From Candidatus Omnitrophota bacterium (GTDB lineage: Bacteria; Omnitrophota; Gorgyraeia; Gygaellales; Profunditerraquicolaceae), in NCBI GenBank assembly GCA_030018895.1, contig JASEHM010000001.1, positions 2,199 to 66,198 of the forward strand: 64,000 nucleotides of DNA, in the 5' to 3' direction. A program made the position numbers and the translations under genes. The notes under the pieces are model-generated. The model worked only from the letters and a program-made list of their open reading frames with translations. It had not been told where the DNA came from and did not search any database. Below, piece by piece: positions 27,001-39,000 of this stretch; position 1 is the stretch's first letter; each line of letters begins with the position of its first letter.

Positions 27001-30000
27001 AATCCTGTTCCTGGCAAGCTAAGATTTATCTTTACCTCAACTATCCCTATAGATGTATTAAAAACCCTCTGGAATCTAAAGCCCTATGGATATAAAACCC
27101 CGGTGCAAAGACTTGATGTGATTAAGGATTTATCTAAGAATATTATTTTTGACAATGCCAATTACGGAAGAAAGGCAGAAGAATCCTATGCAGATTATTT
27201 TGATGGCACAAGGACGTTTAAGGTAAAGGTTAAATATGGATATCATGAGGATTTTGCATCTGGGCTTATACCCTGTATTAGCCGTATGCATAGTGTTGAT
27301 ACCGGCGAATTCTTAGCTGAGGTTTTAACTATCGGCTATAATCCTCTGACTCGCTACCTTATAGGCAGAGAAAGAGATTATAAAGGCAAAGTTACTATAA
27401 AAGAATTTGATTACCGCTGGGAGGCGCCAGTTAAGGCTAAGAGCGAGGATGGAAAGTGGGCTACTAAGTTTGCCCATAACAGAGAAGAGACTTACACTGA
27501 GGCGATCACTTATTATAATGGGATTGCAGTGATTCCTTCTGTTTTAAATTATAAAGACGGCCGCTGGGAAAAGGATGATCAGCTCTTTCATTGGGGAAAA
27601 GATGGAATTAAGGTTCCATTAATTAAAAAGAGCCTGCTAAGCTCTTATGGAAAATTGATTTGGGAGGAGAGTTGTTTTAAAGACGGTATATTCCGCAGAT
27701 ATAATCCGGGATATGATGCAAGCGGAAAAGAATTTGCCGGCAAAGGCTTTAAATTTGATACGCAAAAAAAAGATTGGGTGAATGAGCTTGATTATTTTAA
27801 TTATCGCTATAATCATGGAGAAGTTAGCATGGAGTGCATGGAATTGCACAATAGAAATAAAACCGATACCCTTGTTTTTGATGCGCAAGGCCGGGTAAAG
27901 GGAGAAATAATAACTCTTTATATATTAGAGAGTGGAAGGCTTATCCCTAATTGGGAATTCAAAGAGGAGGATAAGGATAAAGTTATTGGGACTGCTTTTA
28001 TAGAGGTGTCTTATATCTATGATGGCTCTATCCTAAATTGTCCGCTTATTGCTGATAGAGGCAAAACAGTAGTTTATGGCAAGATAAACGGGGAAAATTT
28101 CATGATAAATTGGAGTAAATCAGAGGCCGAGGATTTTAAAGATGGCTTCCTTGCCTTGAAATTGGAAGATCTTTTGTGGGGAAAAACCTGGTTTGAAACA
28201 ATGGACCTTTTAACCCGTAACAGAATCCATAAGGCCTGGTTTAAGCTTCCGGGAGGAATTAAGGTAGAAACAAGCTATTTTTATGAAACTAAATCTGTGC
28301 CAGGCGCTAAAAGGGATCTGGCTTTTTATGATAAAGCCTCAAAATCTGAAACCGAGGTTATTTTCTCTGATGGCACAAAACAGGAATTTTACGATTTAAA
28401 TGGCTTGCCCACTACTACATTTAACTCTTCAAAGGCCATAGATTATAACCCTAAGACAGGAAATTTAACTGCGCAGCTCATTGATCATGCTGGCGGCTAT
28501 ACTGATCCTTTAGTTCATCAGGAGATAAAGAATAACCGCGACCAAGTAGAAAAAATTATAAGAGGGAGCTTAAAAAAGAATAAATTTATTCCTGAGGAAA
28601 AAGAGGTTCAAGAATATAAAGGTATTCCGGGATTAGTTAATATACCCACTCTTAATCACGCAACACCCGTAAGCCCGTACCCATTTCCTAATGATACCTT
28701 ACAAAAAGTAGAAAGTAAATCCTGGGTCATAGGTGATGACGGTAAAAAGGTTGATATCTTGAATCCAAAAGCGCTTGAGCGGATAATTGATTTTCAAGGA
28801 AGGATCAGGTATCAGAAAGAAGATACATATAAAGTCTTTGATGAAGGCAAGTGGATAGAAAATACTTTTCGCTCTCAGGTGGTTAAAAACAAATACGGTA
28901 ACCCCGAAGAAATCTCATTTTTAGATGAAAATAAAAATATCATGTCTACACTTTATCTTTTCTATGAATATAGTAAGGATAAAATAGGCCAGTTAAATAG
29001 AGCCCAGTGGAGCAGGGTGGTAGTATTTGATGGAAAACGCCAATATATCTTTGCCGCTGCTAATTGTACGCAATTAGACAGAAAATCAGGAGAGCTTTAT
29101 TTTAAGGTAAAGAAAGGGTTGGAACTAAAAAACATAATAAAAGATGGCCAAAAAAGAATAGCTCATATTTCTTCAACGGGTGATTTATTAATTTGCCGAA
29201 ATGGCCTAACCTATGAAGATTTAGCAAAGCTGCATAATAACCTGGTTAACTTCTTTACAGTAACAGCCTATGATGAGGTTCAAAACAATCGCGGACAGCC
29301 AATAATCATAAAAAGCGGCCACTCTAAGATAAACAAACAAACCGGTTTTGCTGAAGGCGATCCTTGCTGGATTGATTTCTCACTTTATCCAAAATATCCC
29401 TATATCCCATTTAGCCTGGAAAGCTACACCTATAGATGGAATAAAACCAAAGGGAATGACTCTACAAACTACGCTCAACCTACCTGGTGGGCAAGGAATG
29501 TTGCTTCTCTCCGGAGAGATATTGATAGGTGGCAGGATAGTGATTGGGTTGCAATGACTTATGATTTAAGCACTGAGAAGGATGCTGAGGGTAGCTATTA
29601 TATGAAGTATAAAGTTATAGACCACAGATACGGCCCGTCTTTAATTTATAAAGCTAATTTATTCGATGGTAGAAAATTGTTTGAAGAATACAAAGGCAAA
29701 CCTGGAGAATCAGATAATATAAGGGTATATTATTCTGAAAATGAAATTTCTAAATATACTTTGGGTATTAACAAAGATGGCACATCGGAAATCTGGCGGT
29801 ATTATAAATTGGCTGCAATGAGAAACGATGGCCATAAATACCTAATTTTTGAAGAAATTGATCCTTTACGCGATAAGCACTCTTGGTACTATTGGCTGAG
29901 CAAGCAGATTTATCCGGAGTTGAGCTGGAGAGTAATTCGCGATGGTGTCTTTTTCGCACGCATCGATAAATGGGACTACTCTACAGAAGAATATAAGGGA

Positions 30001-33000
30001 AGCAGAAATCTTAACGATGATGTGGCGAATAGTATGCTATTTAGGTTATTTTCTGCCCATAGAGAACGTGTTAAAGAAAGTAGGGAAATTAGAGATGTGG
30101 CTTTAGATCAAAATAATTTTGTAATGATTGATAGTGGTAATAAGATGCAGTGGGATTTAGATAAGGCATGGCATAATCGCATAGACAGATTTTTGCATTC
30201 TAATGCTATAGTGGGATTGGTAATTGGTTTCATTGTTTGCTGGGTGTTTATTATGTGGTGGATATTGAAGTTATTTGTGCCTAAGGTGAATATTAACTCA
30301 GCAGATAAAGAAGAGCTGACCCAAGTATTTTCTCCACATGATGCTGGCAATATTATTTCTCTCAGAACAAAACTCGATGTTATAAAGAATATATCAGAGC
30401 TTGAAGGAGAGGACAGAGGAATACCTATATTTAGAGATATAACAGTCAAGAAAATAAAGAGAAAAATTCGTTTTGATGAAAAAACAGGAGGTATCACCAA
30501 CATAGCAATAAACGATCTCAGGAATACTACGCTTAAGACACTGTCAAATACTATTCTTGAGCCTGTGGCGGGGTATATCAACGATCTTATTGAACAGAAA
30601 TTTATTACTTTAGGAGAAGTAGAAAATATAATACATGATTTAGCGCGTAAACTATTTGAAAATGTTCTTCCTGTAGAGTTGGTAAGGGCGAAATTATTAA
30701 GCAAGATATTTATGCGCGCTTATTGGGATGATAATTTACTTTTTAAGAATAGTGTAAGAGAAAGTTTGCGAGTATCAATAGAGGGTATCTTCCGGAGAGT
30801 TGGCATGCCGATGTCGAAAGAGTCTGTCGACCTATACATTAATGAAATCATCCAGGAATTTTCCACGCAACGTCCTGGAGAATTTGTGTACCAAAATGAC
30901 AGAAGTAAATATAAAGACAGTAATAAACATGAAAGCGGTGATAATCTGTCGCTCAATACGCATCTTTGGGTTTTTGATCCAAAAATGGGCTTCCAACTGA
31001 TTTCATTGGAGGATTTTGTACTGCAATATAAAGTCGTCTATACCATGGTTCCTTTCTTCGGAGGCCATACGCCTGTAGTTCGTTGGTTCGCAATAGAGAT
31101 AAAGAAGCTCTTGGAAAGCAAGAGAGATAGTGAGGTAAAACCGTTCCTACAAGCACATCGTAAGTTTTGGTATCAGGTGCTAAAAGACCAATTAGATAAT
31201 AAATGGGAAAATATGCGCGATGACCGTAGAAAAGGGCCTGCGTATAAAGATGAAAAGACAAAGCAATGGCAGTATCTTTTAACGTGGGAAGAGTTCAATG
31301 ACCTATTCCGCTATTTATTAGAAGAAGATGATTATGGCGCGCCACTTGCTTTTAAGGATACCGCTGAGTTTTTGGCATACAAGAACAATGTTATGGAAAA
31401 TGTAATTAATAAGATTTACGTTCCTGTACAAACAAACGCCTCCAGTCCCTTTACAGATAGTATGTCTAAAGAAGAAATACAGGATTTAGGGAGCACTTAT
31501 CTCAAGTCATTTATCCTTTACTCAAGAGAGAATTTAGGAATACCTCGTTATGATAGAGATACATATAAAGAGAATGATAATCAAAGCAGATTATGGAATA
31601 AGATTAGGCAATATATTCCTATTGTTAGAAGATGGAGGAGTCCTGAACGAGGCGAATTAGGAGTGTGGGCATTTGTTGCGAGTAAGCTCCTATTTAATAA
31701 GAAATTCTGGAGCCAGGACAAACGAGATGAAAAAAGAAAATTAGGCGTCGAGAAAAATGAGGCGATTAGCAAGATTCCTGTTTGGTTAAGAATAGTTTTG
31801 TATATGGTATTATCGGCACTAAGTATTTGGTTAATCCCTTCATCTTTAAATATTGTTGGATTATCTTTAACCTTGCCCTGGTGGCTGAAGGGCATATTTT
31901 TTATTGCAATTGTCGCTACGGCAAGGCTTTTCTTGGGAGAGCGCACTTTAAAATCCCGCCGGTCATCCTTATTCTGGGGTGCAGTAAGTATAGTAACGCT
32001 CGGATTTATTGTTTATATCATTGGATTTGTTGCGGTCAATTGGATTTTTATGCCAATTCCTTTTGAAATTAACCTGTTCAGCTTAACTCTTTATCTGCCT
32101 TGGTGGACAAAGGCCGTTTTAGTTGCTCTATCAGTCTCACCTTTTCTGGATATGTTTTTTCTTACCTATTTCTCTATAGCAAACTTAATGAAGGCAGGTG
32201 TACGATGGTACATAGGTTGGAAATATAAGTTTTATAAAGTTAGGACATTTGAACAAGCAATGCAAATTTTACCAGAGATTCTAAAGAATAAAGAGAATTG
32301 GAATAAGTTTAAAGATATTGTGGATGATTATTATGAAATATATCGTCTGACAACAGCCGAACACGGTATGTTTATTAAGGTTTTAGAGGATATTCAGACG
32401 AATGCTTCTAGAAAGGATAACGAACCCAAAGAAATTAAAAAATTAAGGATTAAAATTACAGAACAGGAAATCAAAGATTTTGTAAATAAGAAATTCCGTA
32501 AAGATATGTCTTCCGAACCAAGAGACCTTTCTGAGTTGCGTTCTTTTGTAATACAGATAAGTGGTTTTGGCGAAGCTCCGTATTTCCTTTTCACGGATAT
32601 TAATAAGCTAGATGCAGGCAAGATTCAGACCCAACTGGGGATGTTTGCTAAATCTTATCCTGACCAGTGGCAGGTGTTTGTGGAGAGATTGGAAGAAGAG
32701 AAAAATATCATTAATGAAAAACAAAAGCAAGAATTATTGAAACTAATTGAGAATCCCGATTATGTCCTTAAGTTGTTTAATGACGCAGATTCACAAAAAG
32801 CAAGAGAAAAAATTGAAGAGTGGTTTAACCTGAATATACAGTCAGGTTATGCCAATATAAAATCAGCACTTAAATTAAAAGAAGTATACAAACATTATAT
32901 AAAGAAATTTGTTCCTGGCTTGGATGACGTAAAGGTTGAAGCTTTAGTAAATGATTATCTCCAGTTTGTTTTTATTTATGATCAATGGGCGCAAGAGATA

Positions 33001-36000
33001 GAGATTATCCTAAGAAGAGAATTAAACAAGCCAGAATTGAATTTAGACGAATTCATAAAATCTTTATCCGAGGAGAAGGCGAAGGTAGTGTTAAATACAA
33101 TAACTACCATATGTTACGACCGCAATGCAAATGATGAAAAGAAGAAATCCGATACTATTATGCACAAGTATTTCCTTCTAGCTTTAGTGAAGAATAAGGT
33201 AACTATCTCAAAAGGAGGTATTTTCAAGCCGGATAATTTACCTATTTCTGAAAAAACCAATATTCATGACGCAAAATATACAAGCTGGATGAGCTTTATG
33301 TCCAGAATGAGAGGAGAAATCAATTTTTCTCTTGACTGGGACCACATTCATCCATTCAGCGAACTTTGGTTTATACCTAATGCAGGAATGGAGTTTCTTT
33401 TTGATGACTGTCTCGTAGGCGGTCCTTACAATAGCGATATTTTTTCTCGCCCGATTTCTACGACTGCCAATGTTTTTGGTTTGATGGAAGAAGGCTGGCT
33501 TGACGGAGAGCAACCAGTTAAGGACGAGATTGATTCAATTCTTTTCTATGGGAAAGGTTTTCAAAAAGTAGCAGCTTTGAGGAACTTTGAGATGCTGGCT
33601 GCAGATGATAGCGTGCAGGAAGATGCTTTTGGTTTTGCAAAAGCCCTAATGCAAGGAGGCAGGTCAAGGGCATTTCACTTCTTTAAAATATTAAAAGGTT
33701 TAAGTAATCTTGTATTGGGAGCATTAATTCCATTGAAAAAATGGAGCGGTGATTCTTCAGAAGCAGTAAGATTACCAGCAGGCATTAAATTCTTTTTGAG
33801 CCCTAATATTTCCTGGACGAAAAAATTAGGGAATCTCATCAACTGGGGATTCTATATGAAAAAGCCCTCTGTAATGAGGGTAACAGTTTGGGTTATTATT
33901 CTTTATTATCTCGCTAATCTCAATCCTTGGTTTGGATTAGCTTTCTCTTTATGGTTTACTAGTATTCTTCTTGCTCAGGCAATTTCCTATGGCGGATTCT
34001 TTAAGTATACAAGTAAATTTGGAAGGATAAAAGGGGCATTGTTCTTTTTGCGGGATTTACTTACCAAGTTCTTTATCTTTTCCACTGGCATTATCCCTTC
34101 TTATGCTGATAGTGTAAAACGCGGTTTTAGCGCCTTTTGTAAGTTTATTAGGACAGGTGGCAAAGCCGGCACATTAGGCCGAACTAAAGGGAGTGAACTT
34201 TATATCTTTGGACATAAAGGAATCAGTGTAGCAGCTGCGCTGTTACTGTTTATTGCTTTTGCATCTTTTGATCCTATGAAATTTATAGTCTGGCTTCCTC
34301 AAATCGCTACAATCGTGGGCTGGTTAACGTTTATCTTCTTATTGGAACCGGTAAGTTCTAAAAAGCACGTACTTCTGAATATTGCTAATGTCGGATTAGG
34401 GTTTATATTAGGAATAGTAGATTTTGTTGCCAATATTATGACTAATTCTAAGGTTTTAAGTATCCTTACCGGCATACTATTATTATCACTTCCGGACTCT
34501 TTACCTGCCTGGATTCTTATATCTTGTATTGCTATAGCAGGTAGTATTGGCTTTGGCTTAAAATGGAGCAGGATGCTCTTTAATAAAAAAGTTTGTGAAG
34601 AGGCAAAGACTGTGCTAAAGCTGGCAAAGGATTATAAGATAAAGGGATATGCAGTTACTATACTTGAATCTTTTGTTTTGTCTACCGGATTTCATTACGC
34701 TTTAGAAGGTTATATTGAAGGAAGAATTAAAGGCTTACCTTCATTTATTATGGTATTACGTATTCTGTGGTTATCAAGAGATAAAGCACTTAACGAAAAT
34801 ATTAAAAAATCAGAGTTAGAAAATAAGCAAAAGGAAGAGGAAAAGAAGAAAGCAGAAGAGAGACAGAATGCAAAAGGCTCGTCTCCGGTAACGACTTCTT
34901 CACCTATTCCAACTCTAAATAATACTCAGCCAGATCAAATAATAAATACCGATAATGCGAACAACGAGCGCTTTGGCATTGCCAGAGAGCTTACCAAGGG
35001 CTTGGTAGCAGAATTACCCCAAGTATTAGGTAAGGTAGATATCTACGAGTTACTTAAAGCAGCTAATGGCATTCTGATTCTTGACCGTAACCGCTCACCC
35101 ACTGACATAGATGCTCATGCGGATAAAGAACGTAACTCTATTTGCGTCACTGTGCGTTCTGATGAAGACTTCCTTAATTTATCTATCCCAGAAGTAGCTA
35201 CCACCCTTATCCATGGAGCCATAGAGCTTGCCACAAAACAAGAAGCCTTAAGACGTAATATCGATTGGGAACAAATCGCATCGCTTGCCCAACAAACTGC
35301 CCTTAACTTTGCCCAGAAATATCAAGAAGTCATTACCCACAGATATGACCGCTTGCTGATGAGACAAGATATGCAGGTTGCCTTTAAAAATGGCTGGCGC
35401 GTAAAGAAGATTTACCAGACTGCCTTTAACCATGTTCAGGCTGATATGTATGCCTCCCAGGTTAATCCTGAAGATTATCCTCAAGACACTGAAGTCATCC
35501 CTGTAGCGGACCCCCCTCCTTATTATAATAAGGTAAGGGCTTTTGGTAATGGCTTAGCTAACCTGAATATAGTAAGGAACTTTGTAGAAAGGCTAATCCA
35601 GGAATTAAAATTAGAGCCGGGAACCTATAATTTAGTAGAACTTCTGGGTAATACCTTAATTATCGGCTTGCACGGTGGCGGCCAATCAGCCAGGAATCCT
35701 AAATATACCCAGATTGGTAAATTTAATGGTTATCTGCCTATAAGGAGCTTAAACAAAGACTTACCCGCTACCCTGCAGGAAGAACTCCTGGTGCCAGCAG
35801 CGGTCTTAAGCAGAATCTATCCAGACAACTTACCCGGCTACATCAATATCTACGGAGATGCCTTAATTACCTTTAATCCAAGAGAAGTAGAAAAAATTAT
35901 TAAGGCTAATCCTGAAATGGCCCAGGGTTTGATGATCTTCTTAAGAAAAGTTCCTGCTCGCGAAGCTTCTACTTGGGGTGCAGGTGCCGTAGATGAATCC

Positions 36001-39000
36001 TTGCGCATTCACCAATTTGTAGAAAAGGCCTTCAAGAGCACAGGTGAAATATCCAAAGGTATTATCCATGTGAATGAAGAGGGCTTTGTAATAGACACAG
36101 ATTTAGATAAAGCCAAACAACTTCTTGCCAATAAATACAGGCTCTTAGTAGAAGACCAGTATATTCTTATGAACACTGCCTTTGCCATATTAGGCCCACT
36201 TGCCCTTGTGCGCTGGGCGATTCTTTCAGGCATTGACATAGATACAGAAGGTAATTTTATCATTACAGAAAAAGCCAAGGCTTCTTACAACACAAAGAGC
36301 TTTTATGACTTAGTCCTAACCTATGGCTCAAGTGTAGATACCTTTGGTGATTTAGTGCCTCCTATGGGCGAAGACTTAAATATCATTGACTTTATCTTCT
36401 CTGTTGGCACCAAACAGCTTGAAGAGGCCAAGAAGAAAATCCACGCTGAAGCCTTACCTATCATAGAAGACATGGAAGGTAGGCTACAGGATTTACGCCG
36501 AGACTTCAAAGAAGATAGTTTCTCCTTGAAAAAATTAGAGGACAGTTTGAATAGCCTCTTAGAATCTCTTAAGAAAAGAATCCAAGAGGTTCAGGATGAG
36601 AAGACTGTTTCTGTGTTAAATGTCTGTGTATCTAGCATCTCTCAAATCCTGCTGCGTCAGATGCTCATTGAGGTTTTACGCCGCGGTGGCGCTGGCTCAA
36701 AAGCATGGGCTATACCCATAGAGGGTGAGTGGTTGGATACTGGAAGAACCATCGAGGAAGCACAAATCATTCTGGCCGAGGGAAAAGCCAACAGGCAGAT
36801 AGCCTCGGTGTTTGACTTTGAGAAGTCCATTGCCGCAAAGACCAATGTAGCAAGCCACTCTTTTGTCAGCATCATTGAGGCAGAACCTAAATCTCAAGTT
36901 GCCACAGATTCCATTCAGATTGCCTCTTATCTGAAAGGCAAAATTCATATGGACTCCAGATCTCAGGTGCACCTTGTAGACTGGCAAGGCGATTTACACC
37001 TCAACTCAGACGTGGTGATGTCTGAGGCAACCACCAGATATCAAGAGAAAGAATGGGTCGTGCACCTGCTCTGGGGATTACAGGATGGAGAGACCAATAA
37101 AATCAAGACCCACATAGGCCGTTCCTTAGAGGAATGGTTCACTGAGTTAAGTATTGACATAGATAAGATTTGGCCTCCTGCAACTGCGCATCTCTTAAAC
37201 ACTGCCAGAATCTTCCCTGGCTTAAGTCAGCAGATTTTAGAGCAAGGAAAGCAAATAGATGACTTGGATAGAGAGCTCTTTGACTCTATGAATGATATCT
37301 GGGGCTTCTTACAAGGACATACTGCCCCAGTTCCTGTTGCCTGGCTGAAAGCTTTAGAAGCAGAACGCCTCTTCTCTATGACTGATGCCTACAGTAAACC
37401 CGCCACTGAACTGATGCAACAGAGAAGAGAAGGATTGATGAGGAAGAAGAAAGCAGAAGAGAGACAGAATGCAAAAGGCTCGTCTCCGGTAACGACTTCT
37501 TCACCTATTCCAACTCTAAATAATACTCAGCCAGATCAAATAATAAATACCGATAATGCGAACAACGAGCGCTTTGGCATTGCCAGAGAGCTTACCAAGG
37601 GCTTGGTAGCAGAATTACCCCAAGTATTAGGTAAGGTAGATATCTACGAGTTACTTAAAGCAGCTAATGGCATTCTGATTCTTGACCGTAACCGCTCACC
37701 CACTGACATAGATGCTCATGCGGATAAAGAACGTAACTCTATTTGCGTCACTGTGCGTTCTGATGAAGACTTCCTTAATTTATCTATCCCAGAAGTAGCT
37801 ACCACCCTTATCCATGGAGCCATAGAGCTTGCCACAAAACAAGAAGCCTTAAGACGTAATATCGATTGGGAACAAATCGCATCGCTTGCCCAACAAACTG
37901 CCCTTAACTTTGCCCAGAAATATCAAGAAGTCATTACCCACAGATATGACCGCTTGCTGATGAGACAAGATATGCAGGTTGCCTTTAAAAATGGCTGGCG
38001 CGTAAAGAAGATTTACCAGACTGCCTTTAACCATGTTCAGGCTGATATGTATGCCTCCCAGGTTAATCCTGAAGATTATCCTCAAGACACTGAAGTCATC
38101 CCTGTAGCGGACCCCCCTCCTTATTATAATAAGGTAAGGGCTTTTGGTAATGGCTTAGCTAACCTGAATATAGTAAGGAACTTTGTAGAAAGGCTAATCC
38201 AGGAATTAAAATTAGAGCCGGGAACCTATAATTTAGTAGAACTTCTGGGTAATACCTTAATTATCGGCTTGCACGGTGGCGGCCAATCAGCCAGGAATCC
38301 TAAATATACCCAGATTGGTAAATTTAATGGTTATCTGCCTATAAGGAGCTTAAACAAAGACTTACCCGCTACCCTGCAGGAAGAACTCCTGGTGCCAGCA
38401 GCGGTCTTAAGCAGAATCTATCCAGACAACTTACCCGGCTACATCAATATCTACGGAGATGCCTTAATTACCTTTAATCCAAGAGAAGTAGAAAAAATTA
38501 TTAAGGCTAATCCTGAAATGGCCCAGGGTTTGATGATCTTCTTAAGAAAAGTTCCTGCTCGCGAAGCTTCTACTTGGGGTGCAGGTGCCGTAGATGAATC
38601 CTTGCGCATTCACCAATTTGTAGAAAAGGCCTTCAAGAGCACAGGTGAAATATCCAAAGGTATTATCCATGTGAATGAAGAGGGCTTTGTAATAGACACA
38701 GATTTAGATAAAGCCAAACAACTTCTTGCCAATAAATACAGGCTCTTAGTAGAAGACCAGTATATTCTTATGAACACTGCCTTTGCCATATTAGGCCCAC
38801 TTGCCCTTGTGCGCTGGGCGATTCTTTCAGGCATTGACATAGATACAGAAGGTAATTTTATCATTACAGAAAAAGCCAAGGCTTCTTACAACACAAAGAG
38901 CTTTTATGACTTAGTCCTAACCTATGGCTCAAGTGTAGATACCTTTGGTGATTTAGTGCCTCCTATGGGCGAAGACTTAAATATCATTGACTTTATCTTC

